64,000 nucleotides of DNA from Polyangiales bacterium (GCA_044229975.1 JBGARZ010000003.1:288001-352000); one strand, 5' to 3'. Counted from the first letter of the stretch, positions 18,068-28,499 are shown. The notes: generated from the sequence alone by a model not told the origin. Numbers and translations are program-made.

Positions 18068-19171
18068 TCAGCCGCCCGAGAGCGCCGCGTCCATGGCCCG
18101 CGCGCAACCCCGCGGCGTGGCCCCCGGCGCGCGTCCCAACACCACGAACCCATCGCCGTCCTCATCGACCCGCCCGAGGTCGCTGGTCTGGATGGCGATG
18201 GCGCTCCCGAGGTTCATCAGGTCGACGACGCGGACGAGCCCGACCCGCCCGCGTGGCACTTCACGCAGCGTCTCCGGGTCGACCATCGTGACCCGCATCC
18301 AGGGCGGAACCCGATAGCTCGCCCTGCCCTCGCGACGCGCTTCGTATCCCTGCGAGCTCAGCTCCGTCATGCCGTACTCACCGAGGATGCCCGCCGGCGG
18401 GAGACCGAAGGTCGCCGCGATCATCCCGCGCAGCACCTCGGGGTCGACCTCACGCGACCGCCCCTTGAAGCCCCCGGTGGGCATCGCGACGCTCCCGTTC
18501 GGGAGCCGCCACTGCTTCGCGCCGACGGCATCGAGCAGATGCACGAAGCCGAAGCTCGTCCCCAGCAACGCGACCGGCACGCCATCACCCATCGAGCGAT
18601 CGAAGGCCGCGGCCACCGCCGCGACATCGAGCGCCGCGTCGCGAACCGTCCATGCGTCGTCGAGACGCGCCGTGCCCCGCCTCGCATCCCAGGTCTCGGC
18701 GAAGCGCGCCAACATGAACGACAGCGACGACGCGGGCGCCCCCGACTCCGACTCCGCGAGCAGCACGAAGCGGTACTCGGCTTCGGGCAACAGCCACCGA
18801 CGAGCCGACGCGATCGCGGCCGCCTCGTAGAGATCAGTGCTCGCGAAGGGATGCCGTCCGCGGACCTCCTGGGTGGTCCCGCTCGTCTCGAACACCCGCA
18901 CCGTCTCACGCTCCGGGAAACAGGCGACCCGAACGGTCTTGAATACGTCGGTCGGTAAAGCCGGAACCTCCGCCAACGCCTCGGGCGCCCTCTCGCCAAG
19001 CGTCCGGGCGGCGATGCGCGCGACGACCGGGTTGTGCGCTCGCTGCCACGCGAAGACCGCGAGCCCGAGCGCCTCGACGGCGTCGTCGGTAATCGCCCCC
19101 ATCGGCGTCGTGGCGAGCGAGCGCAGGCGCTCGTGGAGCGCGGTCCCTTCGCGGTCGAGCCACCCGGTCAC
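18068..19171 (-). CDS. LuxE-like acyl-protein synthetase family protein
   Basis: VFAWQRAHNP, PALPTDVFK, FETSGTT, SSLSFM, MPTGGFKGR, EYGMTELSSQGY, AIQTSDLG, LGRAPGATPRGC; GTG overlaps upstream TGA. Confidence 0.87.
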   Translation of the reverse strand: MTGWLDREGTALHERLRSLATTPMGAITDDAVEALGLAVFAWQRAHNPVVARIAARTLGERAPEALAEVPALPTDVFKTVRVACFPERETVRVFETSGTTQEVRGRHPFASTDLYEAAAIASARRWLLPEAEYRFVLLAESESGAPASSLSFMLARFAETWDARRGTARLDDAWTVRDAALDVAAVAAAFDRSMGDGVPVALLGTSFGFVHLLDAVGAKQWRLPNGSVAMPTGGFKGRSREVDPEVLRGMIAATFGLPPAGILGEYGMTELSSQGYEARREGRASYRVPPWMRVTMVDPETLREVPRGRVGLVRVVDLMNLGSAIAIQTSDLGRVDEDGDGFVVLGRAPGATPRGCARAMDAALSGG

Positions 19172-20520
19172 GCGGGCACCTCGATTGCGAGCACGTCGGC
19201 CAGGGTCGTCGCAAAACCCTCGATCTGAGCGTCTGTCATGCACGCAGGCGGCGTGAGCGTCAGAACATCCCCGTCGACGCCGCCCGTGAGCATCACGTAG
19301 CCGCGCTCCAACATGCGGCGGCAGACTGCGAGCGCGCGACGGAGGCCACCCTCCACGGTGATTCCGATCAGCATGCCCGCAAAGGTAAGCCGACGAACGC
19401 CCCCGCCCTGTCGCGCGAGCGCCACCCGCAGCGAGCCCTCCAACGCGGCGGCGCATCTCGCGATCATCGCGCTCGTCTCGGGTCGCTCGAGCACATCCAG
19501 CGACGCCAACGCTGCCGCGCAGGACAGCGGGTTGCCGAGGAAGGTCGACGTGTGAATCGCCTCTCCCACCGACGCGCCCCAGGCAAGCGCAGACTCCTCG
19601 CGAACGATCGCCGCACTCACCGGAACGCCCCCACCCAGCGCCTTCCCGACCACGACGACGTCGGGCTCGCAGCCCATCGCGAGCGACTGGAGCCACGGGC
19701 CGGTGCGCCCGAGCCCGGTGTAGATCTCATCAACGATGAGCAGCGCGCCGCGCTCCTTCGCCACCGCTCCGAGCGCCGAGAGCGCGCCCGCGGCGACCGG
19801 CTCGACGCCACCGCGCCCGAGGATGGGCTCGATCAACACGGCGCCGACGACTCCATCGGCCAGCGCGAGACGGGCGGCCTCCACGGAGCGCTCCAGGTCC
19901 GCGTTCGAGGGATATGGAGCGAAGCGCACGTTGGGATTCAGCTGCCCGGCGAAAGGCTCACGAAAGGCCGACTTGTAGCCGCACTCGGCGAGCGCTCCGT
20001 AGCTGAGCCCGTGGTAACCGCCCTCAAACGCGAGAACACCCGGTCGTCCGGTCGCGAGCCTCGCCGTCTTGAGCGCAGCCTCGACCGAGTCCGCCCCCGA
20101 GATCCCGAGAATCACCCGCGAAGGCCACGGCACCATCGCCGCAAGGCGCGCCTCGACCGCGATCTTCGCCGAAGACGGGTACACGTCTCCGAGGGCGTGG
20201 AGCAGCTTCCCGGCCTGCCGCTGCACCGCCTCGACGACCTCGGGGTGCCCATGACCGAGCAGCGCGACGCCAAAGCCCCCGGTCAGGTCGACGTACCGAT
20301 TGCCATCGGCGTCGATGACGTTGGCGCCCCTTGCCCGCACCCACACGATCGGATCGTGCGAGGCGCCGGTCAGCTCCTCGCGCCGACGGCGACGAGCGGT
20401 GAGCCCAGGGCACTCGACCGCGGCAAGTTTGTCGACGAGCGAGCGCGTGACCTCACCACCTGGTTCGCCGGAGCGAAGCAGCGGAGGGAGGTCACCGTTG
20501 AAAGGGAGGGAGTCGGACAT
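19168..20520 (-). CDS. Class III (PLP) aminotransferase
   Basis: DADGNRYVDLTGGFGVALLGHGHP, SGADSVEAALK, FEGGYHG, IEPILGRGG, DEIYTGLGRTG, PDVVVVGKALGGG, HTSTFLGNP. Confidence 0.93.
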   Translation of the reverse strand: MSDSLPFNGDLPPLLRSGEPGGEVTRSLVDKLAAVECPGLTARRRRREELTGASHDPIVWVRARGANVIDADGNRYVDLTGGFGVALLGHGHPEVVEAVQRQAGKLLHALGDVYPSSAKIAVEARLAAMVPWPSRVILGISGADSVEAALKTARLATGRPGVLAFEGGYHGLSYGALAECGYKSAFREPFAGQLNPNVRFAPYPSNADLERSVEAARLALADGVVGAVLIEPILGRGGVEPVAAGALSALGAVAKERGALLIVDEIYTGLGRTGPWLQSLAMGCEPDVVVVGKALGGGVPVSAAIVREESALAWGASVGEAIHTSTFLGNPLSCAAALASLDVLERPETSAMIARCAAALEGSLRVALARQGGGVRRLTFAGMLIGITVEGGLRRALAVCRRMLERGYVMLTGGVDGDVLTLTPPACMTDAQIEGFATTLADVLAIEVPA

Positions 20521-20566
20521 GGCGAACCTCCACCGGCGCGCGGTGGAGGGGTCCGCGGAGGGGCGA

Positions 20567-21118
20567 TCAGCCCGTGGTGGAAGGCTCTTCGGCCGAGCGC
20601 GAGCGGGGGGCTTCGGCGCGGACGGCCTCGGTCACCGGGCTCACGGTCACGGCGGTCTTCGCGCCGACCTTCGGATCGCGAACGACGAGTTCAATGAGGC
20701 ACATCTCGGCGTTGTCGCCGCGACGGTTGCGGGTCTTGAGGATGCGCGTGTAGCCACCCTTCCGACCGATGAAGCGCGGGGCGATCTCGCGGAAGAGGTG
20801 CTCGATCACGTCGATGCGCTCGACCTGGCCTTCCACGATGCGCGAGCCGATGCGCGGCAGGAAGGAGCCGATGTCGCGCTTGAGCGCGAGGCGGGCGGCG
20901 GCGACCTTCGGGTCGCTGACGTTGGCGGCGCTCGCGTCGGCGCCGAGGCGGGCGACGCGTGTGATGAGCTTCTCGGCGATGCCGCGCAGCTCCTTGGCCT
21001 TGGGCACCGTGGTCTCGATGCGCTCGTGGGCGAAGAGGTTCGCCGCGAGGTTCCGAAACATCGCGTCGCGGCTGGAGCCGTCGCGATCGAACTTCCGACC
21101 CGAATTCTGGTGACGCAT
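20567..21118 (-). CDS. rplQ: 50S ribosomal protein L17
   Basis: MRHQNSGRKFDR, HERIETTVPKAKELR, GGYTRILK...RRGDNAEM. Confidence 0.97.
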   Translation of the reverse strand: MRHQNSGRKFDRDGSSRDAMFRNLAANLFAHERIETTVPKAKELRGIAEKLITRVARLGADASAANVSDPKVAAARLALKRDIGSFLPRIGSRIVEGQVERIDVIEHLFREIAPRFIGRKGGYTRILKTRNRRGDNAEMCLIELVVRDPKVGAKTAVTVSPVTEAVRAEAPRSRSAEEPSTTG

Positions 21119-21158
21119 GGGGATGGTTCCTGGGGTTCTATCTCGGTATCAGGTGATC

Positions 21159-22190
21159 TCAGCCGTGCTCGGCCTTCCAGCGCTCGAGCAGACCCGGCCA
21201 GTTTTCGATGTGCGTGCCCAGCTGGAGGTTGAGCTCGTTGAGCTTGTCCTTGATCTCCTTCAGGGACTTGCGGCCGAAGTTCTTGGTCTTCAGCAGGTCG
21301 GCCTCGGTCTTCTGCACCAGTTCGCCGATGTAGGAAATGTTGGCGTTCTGCAGGCAGTTGGCGCTGCGGACCGAGAGCTCGAACTCCTCGACGGACTTGA
21401 AGAGCGCGTCGTTGATCGGCTCCTCGCGGGTCGCCGACGGCATCGAGACGACCTCGTCCTGCTCCTGGAAGTTGATGAAGATCTGGAGCTGCTCCTTGAG
21501 GATCTTCGCCGCGTAGGCGACGGCGTCCCGCGGGCGCACGGCGCCGTTGGTCCACACTTCCAGCGTGAGCTTGTCGTAGTCGGTCATCTGGCCGACGCGC
21601 GCGTTGGTGACCGTGTAGTTCACCTTGCGGACGGGCGAGAAGAGCGAGTCGATGGGCACCCAGCCGATGGCCAGGTTGGGGTCCTTGTTGCGCTCGGCCG
21701 GGACGTACCCGCGACCCATGCCGACGATGAGCTCCATGGACAGCTTGCCGCCCTTGGAGACCGTCGCGATGTGCTGGTTCGGGTTGAGCACCTTGATGCC
21801 CGTCATCGCCTCGGTCTTGATGTCCCCCGCGGTGACCGCGCCGGGGCCTTCCTTCACCAGGCTCAGCGTGTAGCGCTTGGCTTCGGCGGCGTGGAACACG
21901 ACCTCCTTGAGGTTGAGCACGATGTCGGTGACGTCTTCCTTGACGTCATCGATGGTCGTGAACTCGTGGAGGGCTCCGTCGAGGCGGACGGCCGTGATGG
22001 CCGCGCCCTGGAGCGACGAGAGCAGCACGCGCCGGAGCGAGTTGCCGATGGTGATGCCGAAGCCGCGCTCCAACGGCTCGCACACGAACTTGCCGTACGA
22101 CTCGGAGTGAGTGTCCCGATCCTCCTCAAGGAGCGCCTTGGGGCGGATGAGGTCTCGCCAGTTACGGGCCTGCGTGGACGACTGCGTCAT
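21159..22190 (-). CDS. rpoA: DNA-directed RNA polymerase subunit alpha
   Basis: [53 protein letters not shown]. Confidence 0.99.
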   Translation of the reverse strand: MTQSSTQARNWRDLIRPKALLEEDRDTHSESYGKFVCEPLERGFGITIGNSLRRVLLSSLQGAAITAVRLDGALHEFTTIDDVKEDVTDIVLNLKEVVFHAAEAKRYTLSLVKEGPGAVTAGDIKTEAMTGIKVLNPNQHIATVSKGGKLSMELIVGMGRGYVPAERNKDPNLAIGWVPIDSLFSPVRKVNYTVTNARVGQMTDYDKLTLEVWTNGAVRPRDAVAYAAKILKEQLQIFINFQEQDEVVSMPSATREEPINDALFKSVEEFELSVRSANCLQNANISYIGELVQKTEADLLKTKNFGRKSLKEIKDKLNELNLQLGTHIENWPGLLERWKAEHG

Positions 22191-22343
22191 GGAAACCCTT
22201 TCCCTTCGAACACCACACAGCGCGAGGCCCCACCCGGACATAGCCGAAGGAGCCATAACTCGCGCGGATTCTTCAAACCTACGAAGCCTCTTCGCGAACC
22301 GTCGGGGCCGCTGCCGCCGCGAAGGCGGGCGTCCCCTACCACA

Positions 22344-22766
22344 TCAGACGCGGCGCCGCTTGGGCGGTCGGCATCCGTTGTGCGGGATCGGGGTGACGTC
22401 ACGGATGAGCGTCACGCGGAAGCCCGCGGTGGACAGGGCGCGAAGCGCGCTCTCGCGGCCGGCCCCCGGACCCTTGATGAACACGGCGATCTCACGCATC
22501 CCGTGCTCGGAAGCCTTGCGGACGGCGTCCTCGGCCGCGACCTGGGCGGCGAAGGGGGTGCTCTTGCGAGAGCCCTTGAAGCCGCGCGATCCGGCCGACG
22601 ACCAGGCAATCGTGTTGCCGTAGATGTCCGCGATCGTGACGATCGTGTTGTTGAACGTCGCCTGGATGTGGCAGACGCCCTTCGGCACGTTCTTACGAAC
22701 CCTCTTCTTGCCCTTGAGCCCGGCCTTGGCCGTGCTCGCTCCGCTCGTCGCTTGCGCCTTCGCCAT
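22344..22766 (-). CDS. rpsK: 30S ribosomal protein S11
   Basis: [45 protein letters not shown]. Confidence 0.99.
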   Translation of the reverse strand: MAKAQATSGASTAKAGLKGKKRVRKNVPKGVCHIQATFNNTIVTIADIYGNTIAWSSAGSRGFKGSRKSTPFAAQVAAEDAVRKASEHGMREIAVFIKGPGAGRESALRALSTAGFRVTLIRDVTPIPHNGCRPPKRRRV

Positions 22767-22806
22767 CGAAGTCCTCTTGTGCTCTCTACGGTCGGTCTGG
22801 AGACGG

Positions 22807-23190
22807 TTACTTCTTCACCGGAGCCGCGCGCGAGACCGCGAGACCCTTCCGCGGGCCCTTGCGGGTGCGGGCGTTGGTGTGCGTGCGCTGCCCGTTGACG
22901 GGCAGGCTCTTGCGGTGACGGAGGCCGCGGTAGCAACCGAGGTCCATCAGGCGCTTGATGTTCATCTGCACCTCGCGGCGCAGGTCGCCCTCGACCTTGT
23001 AGTCGCCCTCGAGCACCTCGCGCACGCGACGAAGCTCGGCCTCATTGAGGTCCTGGGTCTTCTTGTCGGGCGCGATGTCTGCCTTCTTGCAGATCTGGAG
23101 CGCGGTCGTAGCGCCGATGCCGTAGAGGTACCGGAGCGAAATCGAGATGTGCTTGCGACCCGGAAGGTCGACGCCTGCAATGCGTGCCAT
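22807..23190 (-). CDS. rpsM: 30S ribosomal protein S13
   Basis: [38 protein letters not shown]. Confidence 0.99.
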   Translation of the reverse strand: MARIAGVDLPGRKHISISLRYLYGIGATTALQICKKADIAPDKKTQDLNEAELRRVREVLEGDYKVEGDLRREVQMNIKRLMDLGCYRGLRHRKSLPVNGQRTHTNARTRKGPRKGLAVSRAAPVKK

Positions 23191-23193
23191 GTC

Positions 23194-23307
23194 TCAGCCC
23201 TGCCGCTGCTTGTGTCGGGGGTTCTCACAAATGATCCGCACCACCCCACGGCGGCGGATCACCTTGCACTTGTCACAGATCTTCTTAACGGACGGTCGGA
23301 CCTTCAT
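23194..23307 (-). CDS. rpmJ: 50S ribosomal protein L36 (Zn-binding type; below ORF-track length cutoff)
   Basis: Manual translation [37 protein letters not shown]. Confidence 0.97.
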   Translation of the reverse strand: MKVRPSVKKICDKCKVIRRRGVVRIICENPRHKQRQG

Positions 23308-23316
23308 CGCTCCATC

Positions 23317-23571
23317 TCACTTGTGTCGGTACGTGATACGGCCTTTGGAAAGATCGTAGGGGCTGACCTCGACGCTCACCTTATCGCCCGGGAGGATGCG
23401 GATGTAGAACTGCCGCATCCGGCCGGAGATGGTGGCGAGCACGTCGAGCCCGTTGTCACACTTCACGCGAAACATCGCGTTGGGGAGTGCCTCAAGGACG
23501 GCGCCCTCGAATTCAAGCTTGTCCGCCTTGGCTTCGCGCGGCTCGGTGGGACGGTTTCTGTTGCGTGCCAT
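23317..23571 (-). CDS. infA: Translation initiation factor IF-1
   Basis: [45 protein letters not shown]. Confidence 0.98.
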   Translation of the reverse strand: MARNRNRPTEPREAKADKLEFEGAVLEALPNAMFRVKCDNGLDVLATISGRMRQFYIRILPGDKVSVEVSPYDLSKGRITYRHK

Positions 23572-23577
23572 GCGGCT

Positions 23578-24222
23578 CTATCGCGCTCCGATCGCCCGGA
23601 AGATGGACTGGGTGACATCATCGACCGCACCCACGCCATCCACACGCCGAAGGAGACCCTTGTTGCCGTACCAGGCAACCAGAGGCGCCGTCTGCGCTGC
23701 GTAGTTTGCGAGTCGCGGGCGGACCACCTCTTCGCGATCATCGTCGCGAACCAGCAGCCGCTCACCACCCTCACCGCGGTCCGGCGAGGGGGGCGGATCA
23801 TACTGACGGTGATAGATCCGTCCAGTGGTTTCGCCCACGAGGCGTCCAGTAATCCGCTCGATGATGAGCGTGTCGGGCACCTCGAGGAGCACGACATGGG
23901 CGATCGCCCGGCCGCGCTTCGCGAGGATCTTCTCGAGGTTTTCCGCCTGCGGAACCGTGCGAGGGAAGCCGTCGAGCACGAATCCGCCGACCGCGTCGGG
24001 CTCACGGAGACGCTCATCGACCAGGCCGATCACGACCTCGTCAGGGACCAGAGCTCCGAGCGCCATGAACTCATCGGCCTTGCGCCCGAGCTCGGTGCCG
24101 GCCTTGCGAGCCGCACGCAGCATGTCGCCGGTCGCGATCTGCGGCACGCCCAGCTTCGAGCAGAGGCGCTGCGCCTGCGTGCCCTTGCCAGCTCCCGGCG
24201 GTCCGATGAAGACCACGTCCAT
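23578..24222 (-). CDS. adk: Adenylate kinase
   Basis: GPPGAGKGTQA, ATGDMLR, LVPDEV, LDGFPRT, RDDD. Confidence 0.98.
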   Translation of the reverse strand: MDVVFIGPPGAGKGTQAQRLCSKLGVPQIATGDMLRAARKAGTELGRKADEFMALGALVPDEVVIGLVDERLREPDAVGGFVLDGFPRTVPQAENLEKILAKRGRAIAHVVLLEVPDTLIIERITGRLVGETTGRIYHRQYDPPPSPDRGEGGERLLVRDDDREEVVRPRLANYAAQTAPLVAWYGNKGLLRRVDGVGAVDDVTQSIFRAIGAR

Positions 24223-24224
24223 GA

Positions 24225-25547
24225 CTAGGCGGCCCTCCGACCCTGGATGCGCGGACCACCGGGACCCGCGAAGCCTTCGAGGTGGCGCGAGATCAGGTAC
24301 GACTCGATCTGGTTCACCGTGTCGAGCGCGACGCCCACCACGATCATGATGGAGGTGCCACCGAACGGTGAGGTCACGCGCAGGTACTGCTGCATGAGGC
24401 CAGGCAGGATGCAGATGAGGGCCACGTACATCGCGCCGCCGAAGGTGATACGCATGAGCACCTTCTCGATGTAGTCGGCGGTCTCCTTGCCGGGGCGGAT
24501 CATGGGGATGAACGCGCCCTGCTTCTTCAGGTTATCCGCCAGGTCCACCGGGGGGAACGTGACCGACGTGTAGAAGTAGCAAAAGAAGACCGTGAGCAGC
24601 ACGAACAGCGTGTTGTAGACCCAGTCGCCACGCTGCACGACCTCGCTGGCCCCCTGCATATAGGGGATCTTGAGGTTGGCGAGGGTCGACGGGAGCATGA
24701 GCACCGTCGAGGCGAAGATCGGGGGAATCACGCCAGAAGAGTTCACGCGCAGCGGCAGGTGCGTGCGCTGTCCCCCGTACATCTTCCGGCCGATGATGCG
24801 CCGCGAGTACTCGATTGGGATGCGACGCTGACCGCGCTCGAAGAAGACAATGGTGGCGACCGACCCGAGGATGAGCACCGCGGCGATGAGCAGCGACACG
24901 GGCGTGATCTGCCCGGTGCTGGTGAACTGCCACGTCTGCGCAAGGGCCTGCGGAAAGTCGGCGACGATGCCGGCGAAGATGATCAGCGAGATGCCATTGC
25001 CGATGCCGCGCTCCGTGATCTGCTCACCCAGCCACATGATGAACGCGGTGCCCGTCGCGAGGCTCAGCATGGTCATCAGCCGGAAGCCCCAGCCTGGGTC
25101 GCGCACCACCGACACGAGGTCGACGGTCTGCTTGCTCTCCAGGTAGAGCGCGATGCTGAAGCCTTGCACCATGGCGAGGACGATCGTCGCGTAGCGGGTG
25201 TACTGGTTGATCTTGCGCTGGCCGAGCTCGCCTTCCTTCCGCAGCTCTTCGAGCGGCTTGAAGATCGAACTGAGCAACTGGAAGATGATGGAGGCGGAGA
25301 CGTAGGGGGCGACGCCGAGCGCAAAGATGCTTACCTGCTCCAGCGCGCCGCCAGAGAAGAGGTTGAGCATACCCAGGAGCGAGCCGTTGTTGCTCTGCCC
25401 CATGAACTCCTGCATGGCCTGACGGTCGGCACCGGGGACGGTCACGTAGACGCCCACCCGATACACCGCGAGCATGCCGAGGCTGAACAGGAGCCGCCGT
25501 CGAAGCTCCGGGATCTTCGCGATGTTGCTGAGCGCGCCGAGTGCCAT
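24225..25547 (-). CDS. secY: Preprotein translocase subunit SecY
   Basis: FSGGAL, SIFALG..PY, WLGEQITERGIGNGISLIIF, GVIPPIFAS, IRPG, FGGTS. Confidence 0.99.
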   Translation of the reverse strand: MALGALSNIAKIPELRRRLLFSLGMLAVYRVGVYVTVPGADRQAMQEFMGQSNNGSLLGMLNLFSGGALEQVSIFALGVAPYVSASIIFQLLSSIFKPLEELRKEGELGQRKINQYTRYATIVLAMVQGFSIALYLESKQTVDLVSVVRDPGWGFRLMTMLSLATGTAFIMWLGEQITERGIGNGISLIIFAGIVADFPQALAQTWQFTSTGQITPVSLLIAAVLILGSVATIVFFERGQRRIPIEYSRRIIGRKMYGGQRTHLPLRVNSSGVIPPIFASTVLMLPSTLANLKIPYMQGASEVVQRGDWVYNTLFVLLTVFFCYFYTSVTFPPVDLADNLKKQGAFIPMIRPGKETADYIEKVLMRITFGGAMYVALICILPGLMQQYLRVTSPFGGTSIMIVVGVALDTVNQIESYLISRHLEGFAGPGGPRIQGRRAA

Positions 25548-25658
25548 TTACAGGTGTTCCTTGCGAAGGTTTCGGGGACGCGGCGATGAGGACGAAACCC
25601 TTCGGTCCCGATCCTCACCGCCGAACGCCGACGATCGGCGCGCGTCTATAACCCGAGA

Positions 25659-26153
25659 TCAGCCCTTCGCGCTTCCCTCTGCCGGAGCCGCCGTGGTCGA
25701 AAGCAGCTCGATGGTTCCACCGAGCGCTTCGATCTTGGCCCGGGCGCCCGCCGAGATGCCGTGCACCTTCAGCGTGAGCTTGCGGGTCAGGTCGCCGTCG
25801 CCGAGGATCTTCACGCGCTCAGCGCGCTTCTCGACGAGACCGACCGTCGCGAGGGCCGCGAGGTCGACGGTGGCGCCTGCATCGAAGAACTTCTCGAGCG
25901 CACCCACGTTCACCGCGGAGATTTCCGTGGCGAAGAGGGTGTTGCGGAAGCCGCGCTTCGGCAGACGCCGCTGCATCGGGGTCTGCCCGCCCTGGAAGCC
26001 CATCTTGCTGAAGTTGCCGGGGTGCCGGGCCTTCTGGCCCTTCTGTCCCTTGCCCGAGGTCTTACCCAGGCCCGAGCCGACACCGCGACCACGACGGGTG
26101 CGCTTGCGCACCGCCCCAACCGGGGGGTGCAGATTGCTGAGAACGTTAGCCAT
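25659..26153 (-). CDS. rplO: 50S ribosomal protein L15
   Basis: RRGRGVGSGLGKTSGKGQKGQKAR, GFQGGQTPMQRRLPKRGF, KILGDG. Confidence 0.98.
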   Translation of the reverse strand: MANVLSNLHPPVGAVRKRTRRGRGVGSGLGKTSGKGQKGQKARHPGNFSKMGFQGGQTPMQRRLPKRGFRNTLFATEISAVNVGALEKFFDAGATVDLAALATVGLVEKRAERVKILGDGDLTRKLTLKVHGISAGARAKIEALGGTIELLSTTAAPAEGSAKG

Positions 26154-26346
26154 CGATCTCCTCCACCGTGACAAGGTGGATCACCTTCTTGATCGCACCA
26201 CGAAAGGACGGGGTGTTCGCCACCACGACCTCAGTGTTCGGCCCGCGGAGCCCGAGACCATTCAAGGTCGTCTCGAACTGGTACCGCTCGCCGATCGTCG
26301 ACTTGGTCTGCTTCACTCGCAGCTTCGCCTTGGACATGTCCGCCAC
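26146..26346 (-). CDS. rpmD: 50S ribosomal protein L30
   Basis: VKQTKSTIG...TLNGLGLR...GAIKKVIHLV; position between rpsE and rplO; start could be ATG 26337. Confidence 0.93.
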   Translation of the reverse strand: MADMSKAKLRVKQTKSTIGERYQFETTLNGLGLRGPNTEVVVANTPSFRGAIKKVIHLVTVEEIDG

Positions 26347-26859
26347 CTACGCCGTCTTCTCGGAAAGGTCTTCCGCGGTCTTGCCGCGGCGAGCCGCCGT
26401 CGCGCCGATGTCGCGCAGCTGCTTGAGCGCCGCGATGGTCGCCTTCACCGCGTTGTGCGGGTTGCGGCTACCGAGGCTCTTCGAGAGGATGTCGCGAATG
26501 CCCGCGCTCTCGACCACCGCGCGAACCGCGCCGCCGGCGATGACGCCCGTACCCGCCGAGGCGGGACGGAGCAGCACCTCACCGGCGCCGAAGTGACCCA
26601 CCACGTCGTGGGGGATGGTCGCGCCGACGCGCGGCACGGAGAACAGGTTCTTTCGAGCCTGCTCGTTGCCCTTGCGAATCGCCTCGGGGACCTCGTTGGC
26701 CTTACCCAGGCCGACGCCCACGCGGCCATTGCCGTCACCCACCACAATGAGCGCCGAGAAGGAGAAGCGACGACCGCCCTTCACCACCTTGGCGACGCGG
26801 TTGATGTTGACCACCCGCTCCTTGAGCTCCGCGCCCTCGTCGTTATCTGCCATCGACAT
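26347..26859 (-). CDS. rpsE: 30S ribosomal protein S5
   Basis: [41 protein letters not shown]. Confidence 0.99.
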   Translation of the reverse strand: MSMADNDEGAELKERVVNINRVAKVVKGGRRFSFSALIVVGDGNGRVGVGLGKANEVPEAIRKGNEQARKNLFSVPRVGATIPHDVVGHFGAGEVLLRPASAGTGVIAGGAVRAVVESAGIRDILSKSLGSRNPHNAVKATIAALKQLRDIGATAARRGKTAEDLSEKTA

Positions 26860-26883
26860 CGATGCGTCTCCCTCTTCCGAGCC

Positions 26884-27246
26884 TTAGAAGCTCAGGCCCG
26901 CCTTGCGGGCGCCATCGGCGAGCGCGCCGACACGGTTGTTCGCCTGGTAGACATACCCGTTGCGGTCGAAGACCACCTTCGCGATGCCCTTCTCAAGGCA
27001 CAGCTTGGCGACGGCCTCGCCGACCTTACGGGCGGCGTCGAGCTTCCGGTCTTCCTTCACCGAGTCGCGCACCGACGGGGACAGCGTCCCCACGGCGACG
27101 AGGGTGTTGCCGAGCACGTCGTCGATCACCTGGGCGAAGATGTTCTTCGATGAGCGGAACACCGTCAGCCGCGGACGCTCCGCGGTACCGGTGACCCTGC
27201 CTCGAATACGCGCCTTGCGCCGGAGCCTCTGTTCTTCGTTCTTCAT
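26884..27246 (-). CDS. rplR: 50S ribosomal protein L18
   Basis: [36 protein letters not shown]. Confidence 0.98.
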   Translation of the reverse strand: MKNEEQRLRRKARIRGRVTGTAERPRLTVFRSSKNIFAQVIDDVLGNTLVAVGTLSPSVRDSVKEDRKLDAARKVGEAVAKLCLEKGIAKVVFDRNGYVYQANNRVGALADGARKAGLSF

Positions 27247-27300
27247 CGTATTTCCAACCTTGTACGGCCCTCTCGTCGGAGAGAACCGGCTACGGTCTAG

Positions 27301-27900
27301 TTACTTGCCGCCCTTGCCGCCCTTGCCAGCCTTGCCCGCCTTCTGGCGGATCTTGACCAGCACGGGGCTCGCCGTCGGCGAGCCGTCGACCATCAGTCGC
27401 ACGCCCTTGCCCTTGTAGGGCTCCGGGGGACGGAACGACTGGATCTGGGCCACCGACTTGCCGAGCAGGTCACGGTCGACCGTCTCGAGAATCAGCACGG
27501 TGTTCTTGCTGTCACCCGGGATCTGCACCGAGAGCCCCTTGGGGACCTCGAAGACCACCGGGTGGGACAGGCCGAGGGACAGCGTGAGCGTCGAGCCCTT
27601 GAGCTCGGCCTTGTAGCCGGTGCCCTCCAGGCGAATGCCCTTCTTGTACCCAGCCGACACGCCGGTGACGGCGTTGTTGAGGTGCGAGCGGAACGTGCCG
27701 CTCATACGAGACCCCAGCTCCTCGGCCACGCCTGCCTTCGGGGCGACGGTGGCCTGGCCATCCTTCGTGACGATCTCCACATCGGAGCTCATCGCGCGGC
27801 GGACGGTGCCCTTGGGGCCCTTTACCTCGAAGAAGTCCGCGCCCGTCGTAACGGTCACGCCCTTCGGGAGAGCTACTGGACGCTTGCCAATCCTGGACAT
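27301..27900 (-). CDS. rplF: 50S ribosomal protein L6
   Basis: MSRIGKRPV, VKGPKG, LGLSHPV, RPPEPYKGKGVR. Confidence 0.98.
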   Translation of the reverse strand: MSRIGKRPVALPKGVTVTTGADFFEVKGPKGTVRRAMSSDVEIVTKDGQATVAPKAGVAEELGSRMSGTFRSHLNNAVTGVSAGYKKGIRLEGTGYKAELKGSTLTLSLGLSHPVVFEVPKGLSVQIPGDSKNTVLILETVDRDLLGKSVAQIQSFRPPEPYKGKGVRLMVDGSPTASPVLVKIRQKAGKAGKGGKGGK

Positions 27901-27904
27901 GGCC

Positions 27905-28303
27905 TCACCAAACCTCGCAGAGGAGTTCGCCGCCGACGCCGAGGCTGCGAGCCTGGCGATCGCTCAACACGCCGCGGGAGGTGCTGAGCACCGAGATCCC
28001 GAGGCCGCTACGGACCTTGGCGATCTTGTCGACGCCCACGTACACCCGGCGGCCCGGCCGCGAGACGCGGCGGATGCCCTCGATCGCCGGCTGGCGGTCG
28101 CGGCCGTACTTGAGGACGAGCACGATCGTGCCGCGCCCCTCCTCGCCGACGTCGTCCGCCACCGAGGCCACGTAGCCCTCGGAGACCAGGATCTCGGCCA
28201 CCGCACGCTTCAACTTGGAAGCGGGCATCACCGCGCGCTCGTGGCGCGCCATCACCGCATTGCGAACGCGGGTCAGCATGTCTGAAATCGGATCGGTCAA
28301 CAT
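27905..28303 (-). CDS. rpsH: 30S ribosomal protein S8
   Basis: [45 protein letters not shown]. Confidence 0.99.
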   Translation of the reverse strand: MLTDPISDMLTRVRNAVMARHERAVMPASKLKRAVAEILVSEGYVASVADDVGEEGRGTIVLVLKYGRDRQPAIEGIRRVSRPGRRVYVGVDKIAKVRSGLGISVLSTSRGVLSDRQARSLGVGGELLCEVW

Positions 28304-28313
28304 GGTCGCCCTC

Positions 28314-28499
28314 TCACCAGCTCGCCTTGGTCACGCCGGGCAGATCGCCCTTCAGTGCCAGGTTGCGGAGGCACACGCGGCAGAGCTCGAACTTCCGGTA
28401 GTAGGCGCGCGCACGCCCACAGACCTTGCACCGGTTGCGGTGGCGCACCGCGAACTTCGGGGCTTCTTGCAGCTTCGCAAACGAACAGGCACGTGCCAC
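28314..28499 (-). CDS. rpsN: 30S ribosomal protein S14 (61-aa Zn-binding type Z)
   Basis: RNRCKVCGR...LCRVCLR...GDLPGVTKASW. Confidence 0.97.
   Translation of the reverse strand: MARACSFAKLQEAPKFAVRHRNRCKVCGRARAYYRKFELCRVCLRNLALKGDLPGVTKASW

Noticed and set aside
18068..19171. Bioluminescence (lux) operon
   Set aside because: Only a LuxE-like gene is present; luxA, luxB, luxC and luxD are absent from the window.
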